From positions 1 to 35,670 of IMG/VR virus record IMGVR_UViG_3300049712_000017: a DNA stretch of 35,670 nt; one strand, written 5' to 3'. Both the position numbers and the translations under genes were made by a program. The DNA is from a virus (Duplodnaviria; Caudoviricetes). Below, in pieces: positions 9,818 through 19,829 of the stretch; position 1 is the stretch's first letter; each line of letters begins with the position of its first letter. The notes below the pieces were generated by a model. It saw only the letters and a program-made list of their open reading frames with translations, did not search any database and was not told the DNA's origin.

Positions 9818-10243
9818 TTACTCCATTGGGACAAATGAACCGCCATCAACGTCAACAGGATAAGTGGCAACGTCAACCACAGGAGTAGCCTGCGGTGGTG
9901 GCGCATCTACCACGCTTACACTTACGCTTATCAATTCATCCGAACCATTGACTACACCGTGCCCAGGAGTTGCCCTACCAGCAACACGGATCACCATATA
10001 GTCTTCATCGGTTCCTACGGCCTCTACCAATGCAGCAACAGCAACACGTGCAGCATCAAGGTGATCCTGAATCTCACTTGAAGGACTTACACGATCAGCA
10101 TATCCAGTGATAGCCTGATTTGCTCTATCTACAGCATCAGACTTTGAACACAATATCGTAGCAATAGCATATGGCAAAGATTCATCTACAGTAATATTTT
10201 CATATTCTGTGAATTCAGTTAATTCAGTCTCGGTATTACTCAT
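9818..10243 (-). CDS. Hypothetical protein
   Basis: Acidic 141 aa ORF; TAATG coupling. Confidence 0.6.
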   Translation of the reverse strand: MSNTETELTEFTEYENITVDESLPYAIATILCSKSDAVDRANQAITGYADRVSPSSEIQDHLDAARVAVAALVEAVGTDEDYMVIRVAGRATPGHGVVNGSDELISVSVSVVDAPPPQATPVVDVATYPVDVDGGSFVPME

Positions 10244-10623
10244 TATTCACTCACGTCCTTCTGAACCATCTGAATGGTAAACTCTACTCTGTCACCAGTT
10301 TCAATGTTAAGAGTAGATAGGGTTCCTCTAATCAACATAGTTCCAGAAGAGGAAGCAGTAAACACGCCAAATTCATTAACAGTTCTGTTTCCAGTAGCGG
10401 TTACTTCCCATAAATATTGGATCGTATTGGCTGCGGGCTGGCTAATGGTCGTAGCCACTCGCGCTTCTGCGTTTTCGGAAACAAGAGCAGTCTGGCCTAC
10501 AGCAGGAGCGGTTGCAGATGAGCCCCATGCTCCATAATACGTAGTAGCCTGGGCTCCACGTGTTGCGGGGTCTAGAACGTCAATAACATGTGCCTGACCA
10601 GCATCGGTATAAACAATAGCCAT
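10243..10623 (-). CDS. Virion structural protein (fibre N-terminal/DUF3751-like)
   Basis: Pattern 'VYTDAG...AWGS...TAL..E..RV...NEFGVF..SSGTML.R....NIETGD.VEFT', seen in phage fibre-base proteins. Confidence 0.5.
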   Translation of the reverse strand: MAIVYTDAGQAHVIDVLDPATRGAQATTYYGAWGSSATAPAVGQTALVSENAEARVATTISQPAANTIQYLWEVTATGNRTVNEFGVFTASSSGTMLIRGTLSTLNIETGDRVEFTIQMVQKDVSE

Positions 10624-10766
10624 TATTCTCCCTCAACGATAATGTCAGAAATTGGAATTTCCACGATTTCGTATGAGCCGTCAGGCTTGGTTACCTTTAC
10701 CTGTGCAAACGCAGGAGCGAATGCAAGATTAGACGCCACTTCACCATTTTCCTGAGACTTATCCAT
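10623..10766 (-). CDS. Small hypothetical protein (47 aa)
   Basis: Not in the track: MDKSQENGEVASNLAFAPAFAQVKVTKPDGSYEIVEIPISDIIVEGE. RBS GGAGA; TAATG coupling to the next gene. Confidence 0.7.
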   Translation of the reverse strand: MDKSQENGEVASNLAFAPAFAQVKVTKPDGSYEIVEIPISDIIVEGE

Positions 10767-10795
10767 ATTTCTCCATATCGGTGTAGAGAGATAGA

Positions 10796-11320
10796 TTACT
10801 TAGGTGTAACAGCCTTAGGGACTTCTACGTCATCAGACAAGGCTCGCTTGCCCATGCCAGGAATCTCTGGACGTGGGGTAACAGCCTCAATGCGATCTTC
10901 GATTGCAGCAATCTGACGTACAGTAACGTTATCCAACCCATCGGCTACTTCACGAATGCGCTCTAGGGTATTAAGGTTGGTAACCTCACCCAACTTAGCC
11001 TCAAACGCCTTAACACTCTTGACCTTGAAGAGTTCGTTAATGTCACTCTCGGCCATCATGTTCGGGTTGTTGGCGAACATAGCGCCATCTTCATCGCCAT
11101 CTAGCAGTCTAACCACGTTCAACGTCCCATTCTGGAAAATGTCCAACTCTTCGTTGGCTGCGCGGTCCTGGTTCAGGACCCTCTCTTCCCTCGTTAAACT
11201 GAACTTACGCCCACCAGCAACCAACTGAGTATATTCCTTACCCAACTGGTCGTACTTGAGGATAGACACCTTACCTCTGGTGACATTCTCCCAAGTTTCA
11301 AGTTCCTTCTTCTCAATCAT
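10796..11320 (-). CDS. Hypothetical protein downstream of the capsid gene
   Basis: 174 aa ORF with RBS GGGAGA. Confidence 0.7.
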   Translation of the reverse strand: MIEKKELETWENVTRGKVSILKYDQLGKEYTQLVAGGRKFSLTREERVLNQDRAANEELDIFQNGTLNVVRLLDGDEDGAMFANNPNMMAESDINELFKVKSVKAFEAKLGEVTNLNTLERIREVADGLDNVTVRQIAAIEDRIEAVTPRPEIPGMGKRALSDDVEVPKAVTPK

Positions 11321-11367
11321 TTCTTATCTCCCATTAGTGAATCCTAGTCCTTCATCAGACTATAACA

Positions 11368-11407
11368 CAAAAGAAAGGTGCCACTGTGATTAGCGGCACC
11401 TTTCTTT
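11368..11407 (-). terminator. Rho-independent terminator after the major capsid gene
   Basis: 13-bp inverted repeat AAAGAAAGGTGCC...GGCACCTTTCTTT with a U-rich tail. Confidence 0.8.
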
Positions 11408-11437
11408 AGATTTTTCACAACTACTTAGTAGTTGTTA

Positions 11438-12391
11438 TTACGGAGTGATCGCAGTATCGACAATCCTACGAAGACGCTCAGGACGGTGAACAACGCCACC
11501 AAAGTCCCTACGTGCTAGATAGTGCCAATACCAGTTATCCTCTTCGATCCATTCCTTGGACAGCAACCCGCCCCAAAAGGCGAACTTGCTTGCGTCCCTA
11601 CCTACGACATACAACTCGTTGGCTGGGAAGAATGAAACGTCAGCGTCATCCTTGTAGTTAGTCAAGGTGATGATACGAGCGCCCCTGTAAACTCCGAGAA
11701 CTCCACGGCGGAGCAAGTCCTCGTTGGTTTCAGGAGTGAAGCCCGTATAGGTACCACCCTGAGTCAACTCGTCAATGATCTGGTCGGTCATAGTGCTTCG
11801 GCCGATGATTGCGACATTGAAGTCCCTGGACTCGTCACGAACCTCACGGAGGGCCGTGTTAAGTGCAGTCATGCTCAGACCAGCGCCGGAGGCGTAGTAT
11901 GGGCTTGAGGACGGAATGGCGGTCTGGAACAACCTCAGCATACGGGCGTTAACTTCTGCGTCCATGCGCTGTACTGATAGGTCGACCAAAGTTGCCTGAG
12001 TTTCTGCGAAGTTGGTGCGCAACTTGTCTTCAAACTCGTACACGTGGAAACCAATGGTATCACGTGGGAGTTCCATGACGTTCGCACGCATGGTGCTGGC
12101 CTCGATGTATCCACCGCGGGCAACCCAAAACGCACGCAAGCCGCGTACTTCCTTAACAAACACTCTTCCATCGAAGGGAGCGTTCTCAACCGTAGTCATA
12201 AGACCTAGGAGGTTTTCATGCTGGAAACCTTCATAGATGGTTTCCGTCAACTCCTGAGCCATAGAACGACGCCAAGTTGGGTTATCCCAATTCTCAAACG
12301 CTTCCTTGTTAGCCGCATCAATCTTGGCGCGAAGTTCCTTGCGCTCATCATTTGAACGACCGTATAGATCGGTCATAGTTGTGTTAGCCAT
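11438..12391 (-). CDS. Major capsid protein (HK97 fold inferred)
   Basis: 317 aa; follows the scaffold and decoration genes and precedes a terminator; C-terminal 'RRDFGGVVHRPERL' is typical of capsid ends. Confidence 0.8.
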   Translation of the reverse strand: MANTTMTDLYGRSNDERKELRAKIDAANKEAFENWDNPTWRRSMAQELTETIYEGFQHENLLGLMTTVENAPFDGRVFVKEVRGLRAFWVARGGYIEASTMRANVMELPRDTIGFHVYEFEDKLRTNFAETQATLVDLSVQRMDAEVNARMLRLFQTAIPSSSPYYASGAGLSMTALNTALREVRDESRDFNVAIIGRSTMTDQIIDELTQGGTYTGFTPETNEDLLRRGVLGVYRGARIITLTNYKDDADVSFFPANELYVVGRDASKFAFWGGLLSKEWIEEDNWYWHYLARRDFGGVVHRPERLRRIVDTAITP

Positions 12392-12407
12392 TACTTCACC
12401 CCCTCTC

Positions 12408-12977
12408 TTAGAATGTCATCCGTGCTTCGACTTCACCACGGGCCGTATCGACCTTAGTGATGACTAGCCAAGCCTCACCGACAGTAGCAGTTTCTGCCCA
12501 ATAACCGTCAGTGGTATCACCGACGCCAGGAGTCAGATAGTCTCCAACAGCAAGACCAGTAAGGTTTGCAGGTGCGACGAAGACCTTACCATCGTATTCA
12601 CGAGTGTTAAGGAATGTCTCATCTACAGTGTTCCTAAGAACAACCTTGATTTCGGTTCCACTTACAACCTGAACGGCTGCGCCAAGAGGAATCGTGTCCT
12701 TGTCGGAGTAGACGGTCAAGAACGGATCATCGCCAGCAAAAGCAGCGGGAGCGTACTCGTAGACCGCAATACCATGAACCCCACTTACAGGGACGGTTGC
12801 ACCGGTTACAAGAGCAACCTTTGCACGTCCACCAGCATCTAGGGCAGCAGCGCCATCAAGCGCAACAGGTGCGCCGATTGCGATGGCAGTTCCAGTCGTT
12901 GGGACTGAGAACCTACCACTACGCTGTCCATGAACAGGGGGTACTCTGAATTCAAAGTTTCTACCGTAATTACTCAT
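12408..12977 (-). CDS. Capsid decoration/cement protein
   Basis: 189 aa, Ala/Gly/Val-rich, between scaffold and capsid; 'LAVGDYLTP' motif. Confidence 0.55.
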   Translation of the reverse strand: MSNYGRNFEFRVPPVHGQRSGRFSVPTTGTAIAIGAPVALDGAAALDAGGRAKVALVTGATVPVSGVHGIAVYEYAPAAFAGDDPFLTVYSDKDTIPLGAAVQVVSGTEIKVVLRNTVDETFLNTREYDGKVFVAPANLTGLAVGDYLTPGVGDTTDGYWAETATVGEAWLVITKVDTARGEVEARMTF

Positions 12978-12993
12978 TTATTGCCCCCCTCTC

Positions 12994-13710
12994 TTACAGG
13001 GTCCTAGGGTCAATGCCCTGATTGCGGAAAGACAGAACATCACGAATTGCGCTCTTAGAGCCCGTATCGGAGCGGTTTGCCTGCATTGCAGTTGCAGCAG
13101 GAACCTGAGCCTCAACCGCATCAGCGGCGTTAGCGAGTTCCTTCTTTAGACCAAGTGCCTTCCAGTCAGCAATAGCCGCCTCAAAGTCCTCATCTGAAAG
13201 TTGTGCCCAAGCGTCTGCACGCTCTACGAGGTATTCCTCAGGGAATGAGGCAACCTCGCGAACCTTCTCAAGACGCTCATCACGTCGAGCGGCAATTTCA
13301 GCCTGAGCCTCTGCCTCAGCCTTTGCGGCTTCAAGGTAGGCGACTAGGGCCTCATACTGCTCCTTGTGACTCTGAGCCTCTAGAACGGCACCATCCAACT
13401 TACTCTCAAGTTCCTTAACCTGCTCGGTTAGAGCAGCAGTAGCCTCAGCAACCTTGCCCTCAAAAGCAGACTGTTCAGTCTGCGTCTTTAGGGTAGTAAT
13501 CTGAGTCTCAAGGTCCTTGGTAGCATTTGCAATGGCGACATTCAACTCATCTTCTGTATAAGTCTTGTCCACGCTACCTCCTTCGGGGTTACTGAGACTT
13601 GCAACGGAAACATTGCAAAAAGCACACGATTCTTTATCGTGACTAGCACCTTCTGGCTTTATATTCAGAAGTTCATCGTGTATATCTTTAAGTTCCATCG
13701 AGAAAGTCAT
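12994..13710 (-). CDS. Capsid scaffolding protein
   Basis: Ala/Glu-rich coiled coil upstream of the capsid genes. The true start may be the Met at 13698. Confidence 0.65.
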   Translation of the reverse strand: MTFSMELKDIHDELLNIKPEGASHDKESCAFCNVSVASLSNPEGGSVDKTYTEDELNVAIANATKDLETQITTLKTQTEQSAFEGKVAEATAALTEQVKELESKLDGAVLEAQSHKEQYEALVAYLEAAKAEAEAQAEIAARRDERLEKVREVASFPEEYLVERADAWAQLSDEDFEAAIADWKALGLKKELANAADAVEAQVPAATAMQANRSDTGSKSAIRDVLSFRNQGIDPRTL

Positions 13711-13744
13711 CGGATTTCACCTTGCCTTTATTAAACTTTTTGTC

Positions 13745-14503
13745 TCAAACCTTGGTACGCAAGAGAACTTGACCCATCATATACTCCCATTCCTGTGGAG
13801 AAAGATGTGGACTTTCCTCCTTGAATGAGTTGTAAAGATGCTCAGCCTGAGTAGCGTGTTCCTTCACCATGCCAGAAAGATCACGAATTTCAGCACCAGA
13901 CCAACCCGGCTTAACAGGTGGAATAAGTAGAGCACCGGCCAAGAAGTGAGGCTTATCAAGCCTCTTGGCTGCCGTATCGCCATTGATGTGATCACAGTAT
14001 GAGGAACTCTTAGGACCAGCATAGGCAAATGTCTGACCGCAGCCAGTTTCGCCGTGACAAGTCACAGATTCTGATACGCACTCCATGCTAAAGAACAACT
14101 GTCCCATAGCGTGGGCTGCCTCGACCAGACCTAGTTCCTCAGGGAAGTAATACTTCCAGAAAACTCCTAGAGCCTCAATGTACGGGTTAACCCCCGCAGC
14201 GGCAGCATCACCGGCTGGATACATCATTTCAGTGTCGACAAATGCTCCTACCACTTTATGCTGGTGATGCAGCATATTCATGGGAGCGTACGTAATTGTC
14301 TTCTGAGAGGCTCTAAGATCAGGTAGAGTCCACAACTGACCGTTATTGTTGGCGTTGTCAGCCTCTACATACTTACCTAACACCCACTTATAGGCGGGGT
14401 TAAAGTGTATCTTGCGCTCGGCCCATGCGGTATCACGATCATTCTCAATCAGATACGCTCTGGCACCCAAGAAGATAGACTTTTCTCCTTCATAAACGAA
14501 CAT
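13745..14503 (-). CDS. Putative prohead maturation protease
   Basis: Between portal and scaffold; motifs 'N.NG..W', 'PMNMLH...VG' and 'FSMEC' resemble phage prohead proteases. Confidence 0.5.
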   Translation of the reverse strand: MFVYEGEKSIFLGARAYLIENDRDTAWAERKIHFNPAYKWVLGKYVEADNANNNGQLWTLPDLRASQKTITYAPMNMLHHQHKVVGAFVDTEMMYPAGDAAAAGVNPYIEALGVFWKYYFPEELGLVEAAHAMGQLFFSMECVSESVTCHGETGCGQTFAYAGPKSSSYCDHINGDTAAKRLDKPHFLAGALLIPPVKPGWSGAEIRDLSGMVKEHATQAEHLYNSFKEESPHLSPQEWEYMMGQVLLRTKV

Positions 14504-16177
14504 TTAATCGGCCTTCTTTCTAGGGTTACGTGGAGCCTGTCCCTGACCGGAACCCGGCGCAGACCCACCACCATTGCGATTTCCACCACCGGCTCGACCA
14601 CCGGCTTTTCTCTGTACGTTTACATCGGTCGTACCAGCGGGCTTATTTTGCGGGCCAGCATTAGGGTCACCATTGAATGGAACGATAGTCTCAAAAATCT
14701 TGTCGTACTTCTCACGCTCGCGCTCACGCTTGCGGGCTTCGTCAGCCTGGTCATAGTCCATCTCAGACAGCATGGAATCCCTAGACAAGTCGCCTCTATC
14801 CCTCAAGTCCTGCAAGAAGGCGGCAACAGTAGCGTCGAAGTCCAGAGCGATGCGCTTTGGATGGAACGTCAATTTTGCCTCTTCATTCAACTCGTCATTC
14901 GTATCGAACATTCTATTGAAGACATGTGCCTCAAGAGAACGGCGCAACATGTGACGGCGACCTTCCATACCTCGGGCAATGATCCTGGTCAACTTCAAAG
15001 AGTCATCTGACTGCGCTCCGGTCGTTGACCCGCCAAGAACGAACATTCCATACATACGTGCAGTAATACGAGCATCAAGAATGTTGTATCTGGCAGGCAG
15101 AAGGGTTGCGTCCTGAGAGGGAGTGATAATTTCTATTTCAAGCCTGTGATCACCAATAATAACCGGGACTCTAGAGAGAATCTTGGTCTGATTAGCAAGA
15201 GCAGCAAGTTCTGACGGCTCAGCAGGGAGTTGGTCAGTACCCTTCTTGATAAGGATGATGAAGTTCGTTCCACCGATAAGGTGGGCACGGTCCATCTGCC
15301 TCAATTGATTCTTCAAGTCAAGGAGTTCGAAGACACTTCGCATCCTCACAGAAGCGAACTTCTCATAACTGGCCTTTGTCGCCGTATGGCGCCACACAGT
15401 TAGTGGATTCATAAGGTACAGGCGATCTACTGGGATTCCCAGGTCTGCCAACTCTGCTCTCTCAGAAGGGCCAGGAATATACTTCTTGACCAAGACCTGA
15501 CGAGCGAAAGCGTCATCTCCCTCGCCGTTAATCGCCTTGTTAATCTCGTCAACTTCACCACGATTGGCGATATAAGCCAACTGGTCGCGATTGAAAACTG
15601 TGTTTCCTACAGGGACAACCTTAAGCGGGTCCAGAAGCGCCATGGCTACAGGGACATTAAGGTTAGGAAATTGCTTCTTACGCTTAACGCCCTTCTTTGA
15701 GCGCCCACGAACCTTATACGACTTCTTTCCCCACCAAGTTACGCAGTAGAACTGACCATAAATAGCAAGATCACGCCACATTTCTCTGAGCCTTGCATCA
15801 AGATCAATGTTGGCTGCGACCTGATTCCAGATATCTTCTTCTTCGTCATCGTCGCACTCAAAGGTCATCTTGGAAAAAGCAAGAGACTCGCTTGTGTCCA
15901 AGAATCCACCCACAACGTCATCGCTTACAGAAGCGTCATAGGCGACTCTAAACTGATCGTAGATGTTGGCAGGCGTCACGTAGCGGTCCCTCTCCACCAA
16001 CGAACCGCTACGTGACTGGTGAATATTTTGCCCCCACTTCACCATCGCTGCTACTTCGGGTGCCTGAACGCTCAGGGCGTTAAAGATTTCGGGTGTGCCT
16101 AACCCGCTCTCGTTAACAACGACGGCTCCGTGCTCATCGTCAAACCATATTTCGCTTCCAGCCACCGAAGTAGTCAT
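14504..16177 (-). CDS. Portal protein
   Basis: 557 aa, downstream of the terminase; 'EMWRDLAIYGQFY' and 'LLDPLKV'; disordered C-terminal tail. Confidence 0.75.
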   Translation of the reverse strand: MTTSVAGSEIWFDDEHGAVVVNESGLGTPEIFNALSVQAPEVAAMVKWGQNIHQSRSGSLVERDRYVTPANIYDQFRVAYDASVSDDVVGGFLDTSESLAFSKMTFECDDDEEEDIWNQVAANIDLDARLREMWRDLAIYGQFYCVTWWGKKSYKVRGRSKKGVKRKKQFPNLNVPVAMALLDPLKVVPVGNTVFNRDQLAYIANRGEVDEINKAINGEGDDAFARQVLVKKYIPGPSERAELADLGIPVDRLYLMNPLTVWRHTATKASYEKFASVRMRSVFELLDLKNQLRQMDRAHLIGGTNFIILIKKGTDQLPAEPSELAALANQTKILSRVPVIIGDHRLEIEIITPSQDATLLPARYNILDARITARMYGMFVLGGSTTGAQSDDSLKLTRIIARGMEGRRHMLRRSLEAHVFNRMFDTNDELNEEAKLTFHPKRIALDFDATVAAFLQDLRDRGDLSRDSMLSEMDYDQADEARKREREREKYDKIFETIVPFNGDPNAGPQNKPAGTTDVNVQRKAGGRAGGGNRNGGGSAPGSGQGQAPRNPRKKAD

Positions 16178-16524
16178 TATACGTTACCTACCATCCTTAG
16201 GTCGAACTCACGAATTGCCTGAATTCGACTGTGAAGTTTGAACTGCCTATCACATTCTTCCAAGAAAGGATCAATCTCTCTTGTTCTGAATGCTGCTGCT
16301 CGTCTTGTTTCATTTCGCACAAGCATCGTACGCATCTCGGAGGCTCTTGCAGACAAAGCCGACAAGGATGAAAACACCTGATCTGGCTCCATTTGGTGAA
16401 AGTCCCGAATAACTGAATAGTATTCTAATATCTCCTGCTGCCATGATTCGATTGAATCACGTTTTCTAATGTTCGTAGATACTTGCGGTTCGTTTGTAGC
16501 AGATTCTAGAGTTAACTCTGGCAT
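16177..16524 (-). CDS. Hypothetical helical protein between terminase and portal
   Basis: 115 aa ORF; TAATG coupling to the portal gene. Confidence 0.7.
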   Translation of the reverse strand: MPELTLESATNEPQVSTNIRKRDSIESWQQEILEYYSVIRDFHQMEPDQVFSSLSALSARASEMRTMLVRNETRRAAAFRTREIDPFLEECDRQFKLHSRIQAIREFDLRMVGNV

Positions 16525-16550
16525 TCCTATCCCTTTATCGGAGTTTGAGC

Positions 16551-18173
16551 CTAAAATTCAAGAAAAATGTCTACGACGGGCTTTTTCGCCTCTGGTTTCG
16601 TAGCCATAAATTGTTCAATAGGCGTCTGAGCCATGCCTAGAACTGCCATTCTGGCAGCATCCAAGGCGTGGAACTTTCCTTTGTTGTATTCCTTGCGACC
16701 GTAGATGTTCTGGCTGTCCCTCACAACCGTATAAGTCTGTCCCTGGAACTCCCCAATAAGGTCACGGTCCCATGGCAATATTATACGCTTATTATCGACC
16801 ATATCTCGCAAAACATCGGACGCATATTCTACAACATTACGATAAATTCCTGCTTCCTTGGCTACCTCATCAGGCAGAGCATGTTCATCCTCTTTTTTGG
16901 AGTCGTCAAAGTCTACGAGAATCTTTTCTGAGTAGCCGTATCCACGAATGATATCCAGATACTTCTTTTGATTTTCCTGCTGAACCTGCTGGAACAGCGG
17001 CAGACCAACACCGGTTTTGTCCAAGGAGAAGGCAACGGGTTTGTACCAGTCGATTATGAACTTGATAGCCTCTACTTGATCAGGGTGACTGATTCGCTCC
17101 AAGTGGACGCGAGTAAGCAACTTCAAAACTGGCTTTTCGTTTTTGTATTCAGACTCAGCGAAGACGAGAATTTCTGACGGGTGGTTTGTGTAACCTACGT
17201 CCATTCCAGCCCAATAACGCTTGTACTTCTTGTGAGACTGTGGGAAGTCTAAGAAGTCTGCTATATCGCCACCACGGTCTTGGAGCATTTCGTGGTTTAT
17301 ACGAAGATGGTTGTACTCAACCTCGTTGTAGTTGGAAGAAAGATTCTCGTCACAGCACTGCATGAGTCTGTGCAGCACGAACAGCGGGCTAGTAGAGTCA
17401 CCGTGCTCGCCAAGAACGTTTCTACGGTAATCGGGGTGATCCCTAGAACCATACTCTTCCATCTTCTGCTCACGCTCTAAGTCCGACCAGTGCGGATACG
17501 GACGGTGCATAGCCGTGTACCTGTGAACGGTCCAACCTGAGTTTGGCTGCGTGACCACGAAGAAGTCGTCGCGCACTCCCCTGGTTACGCCGTGGGCGCG
17601 CCACATGGAACCCTCTGATCCTCGCTTAACGGTTTCCCTCAGTTCTGTCCAGCCAGCCTTAGGATAGTCCTGAGCCTCGTCTAACTCCAACCAGATAGGG
17701 TGGATACCCTTTACGCCCTTTCCATCCTTCTGCGGGATGCGACCAAGGATACGAGAACCATTCAAGAAGTCCATCTGGAATGGGCGGTGAGTTGTTCCGG
17801 CGTACTGACCTCTCGGCAGCATCAGCCTACCCAGCCGAATCGTGTGGAACAGATTCTCCACCAAACCAGTAATAGGGCTCAAATGGTTCAATTCAGGCGC
17901 AGTAATTACCATTTCTTGGCCGGGATGAAGGAACGGGAATGCAAAGGCTCGTATCTTAATAGACATGGATTTTCCGACAGAACGAGCGCACTGGTCGATC
18001 TGCCTCTGAGCACCATTACGGAACCAGGCCCACTGATACGGCCACGCACGCCAGCATCCACTTCCCTGTTCCTCATCTCGGAAGCAGAACTCTGCCAAGT
18101 CCAGTCCAGATGGATCGCTTAGAATTGCCCATAGATACGCTTCTTCTTCACTTAAAGCCTCTAGCACAGACAT
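16551..18173 (-). CDS. terL: Terminase large subunit
   Basis: Walker A-like ARSVGKS, Walker B LELDEAQD, and RNase H-like nuclease motifs AGMDVG, LDKTGVG and HALDAARMA. Confidence 0.9.
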   Translation of the reverse strand: MSVLEALSEEEAYLWAILSDPSGLDLAEFCFRDEEQGSGCWRAWPYQWAWFRNGAQRQIDQCARSVGKSMSIKIRAFAFPFLHPGQEMVITAPELNHLSPITGLVENLFHTIRLGRLMLPRGQYAGTTHRPFQMDFLNGSRILGRIPQKDGKGVKGIHPIWLELDEAQDYPKAGWTELRETVKRGSEGSMWRAHGVTRGVRDDFFVVTQPNSGWTVHRYTAMHRPYPHWSDLEREQKMEEYGSRDHPDYRRNVLGEHGDSTSPLFVLHRLMQCCDENLSSNYNEVEYNHLRINHEMLQDRGGDIADFLDFPQSHKKYKRYWAGMDVGYTNHPSEILVFAESEYKNEKPVLKLLTRVHLERISHPDQVEAIKFIIDWYKPVAFSLDKTGVGLPLFQQVQQENQKKYLDIIRGYGYSEKILVDFDDSKKEDEHALPDEVAKEAGIYRNVVEYASDVLRDMVDNKRIILPWDRDLIGEFQGQTYTVVRDSQNIYGRKEYNKGKFHALDAARMAVLGMAQTPIEQFMATKPEAKKPVVDIFLEF

Positions 18174-18733
18174 TAGACTACGCCTCCCTTCGTTAACTTG
18201 CGAAAGAAGAATACACTGCTTTCAGGGGAATCCAATAACTGACTAGTGACAAAAGCAGTTACGTAAGCCACCCTGTATTCCAAGAAATACCCAGGCTGTT
18301 TGTTAAAGGCTTTGGCAATCTGTTCCATGGCCCAAGCATCGGGGGTAGCCTTACCTTCTAGCAATCGGTAAACCTGATTTCGGTCTATCCCCGTCTTGGC
18401 TGCGACGGCCCTGATGGACTTACCCTTGGTAAGCACCTTGAATGCCTCATTGAAGGGACTCATAGTGTAGTCCTCACCTAGAAGTTCACGCAGGCGTTGC
18501 TCTGCCAAGTGCCTGTCGACAGCAGCACGCTTTCCCGGTCTGCCAGGCTCGGCTAGGTCAGCCTTTATGATATCCCCGATAATTCTACCGGCCAAAGTCG
18601 GATCAGCGGAGAAGGACTTCCTCCAATCCAGTCCACCAACAGATGGGAACTGCTTGTGGATGATCTTTAGGCGTTCAGCCCATACGATCTTTTTGCCATC
18701 AGGAGATTTGAACTCGGTAAGGTCCATAGTCAT
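18173..18733 (-). CDS. XRE-family helix-turn-helix protein
   Basis: 'KSIRAVAAKTGIDRNQVYRLLEGKATPDAWAMEQIAKAF' is a classic HTH_3 pattern. Start moved to the TAATG-coupled ATG at 18733. Confidence 0.8.
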   Translation of the reverse strand: MTMDLTEFKSPDGKKIVWAERLKIIHKQFPSVGGLDWRKSFSADPTLAGRIIGDIIKADLAEPGRPGKRAAVDRHLAEQRLRELLGEDYTMSPFNEAFKVLTKGKSIRAVAAKTGIDRNQVYRLLEGKATPDAWAMEQIAKAFNKQPGYFLEYRVAYVTAFVTSQLLDSPESSVFFFRKLTKGGVV

Positions 18734-19380
18734 TAGATTTCGCGCACCCAATACTTATGTTCCTTCTCCCTGAAATGCTCATCAATAGCATCATACTCAG
18801 GAATAGCAATATTGCGAATCCACTCAATGATATCCTTCTCTTCGATATCTTGCTCAATCCGTTCATCAGGAGAGCAGCCATCGTGGAAGTGAATAAGCGA
18901 CTTCAACTCGTTGAATAGAGTAAGCGCCTTAGTGAGTTGAGCCTCTCGCACCACACCGAATTCCTTCGCTCGTCTACGAAGGTTAGCGATATAATCGACT
19001 ACTGACTCACCCTTTTCTCTGTCTCTGGTTACTTTATCTATTCCAAGAGACTTCTTGAGAAGTCGAATCTCTTTTGAGTAATCGTTGAAGGACTTCTTGA
19101 CCCCATCAAGGTCAATCAAGTTCCCATCATAGTCTCGCTCTGTTAGGAGCCAGTTACCCCAGCGCCAGGTGAGCAATTCGTTTTGTAAGAGTCGGTCAAT
19201 GTCCTGCAAGTCAGTAACGTTGCTGAAATGATTGTCAGCCATATAGCGAGTTACCTTATCAGTAAAGTAATCTCGCTCGGCCTCATTCATCACAGGAAAG
19301 TCAGCCCCCGATACTCCGGTTACTGTCGGCCCCTCAGTTTCCTGTGAAGAATCATCAATAAAATCATCCATACTTGACAT
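18733..19380 (-). CDS. Putative terminase small subunit
   Basis: Helical 215 aa protein at the head of the packaging operon. Function inferred from position only. Confidence 0.4.
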   Translation of the reverse strand: MSSMDDFIDDSSQETEGPTVTGVSGADFPVMNEAERDYFTDKVTRYMADNHFSNVTDLQDIDRLLQNELLTWRWGNWLLTERDYDGNLIDLDGVKKSFNDYSKEIRLLKKSLGIDKVTRDREKGESVVDYIANLRRRAKEFGVVREAQLTKALTLFNELKSLIHFHDGCSPDERIEQDIEEKDIIEWIRNIAIPEYDAIDEHFREKEHKYWVREI

Positions 19381-19424
19381 AATACACCATAGTCGGGCAG
19401 TATGTCTTTAGAATTGAGACATTT

Positions 19425-19829
19425 TTAGACTAAATCACAAATTTCTCCACGAATTCTAACCAAAACTCCTTCTTCGGTATCCATTCGTTCGGGCGAGTTA
19501 AACGTTAATTTCGTAACGTACTTTGGCCCGTCATCTATAAGAGCGCCAGCGTCTACAAGACCATCTATAAGGGCTTTTACCACAGGGAAACACCCACCTG
19601 TATCCTGCAACAGCCGCTTGATCTTAGGAGTAGCCTCGACCTCTAAGATGTGGCAAAAAGGAACATCTACCTTCTGAGCCTCTTCACGCATTTGAGTGCG
19701 CAACTTCTTAACCCTAGAAGCCCGCCAATGCCAGCCACGTTTGCGTTCCTCATTGGTGGTCCACACACGGCATGGAATCCAGAAGGAATAGTCAATGCTA
19801 TTCATCACACATTTTGGCTGCCAGGCCAA
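19425..19829 (-). CDS. rusA: RusA-like Holliday junction resolvase
   Basis: 'QDTGGCFPVVKALIDGLVDAGALIDDGPKYV' matches the D...K...D......DD catalytic pattern. Confidence 0.7.
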   Translation of the reverse strand: MAWQPKCVMNSIDYSFWIPCRVWTTNEERKRGWHWRASRVKKLRTQMREEAQKVDVPFCHILEVEATPKIKRLLQDTGGCFPVVKALIDGLVDAGALIDDGPKYVTKLTFNSPERMDTEEGVLVRIRGEICDLV

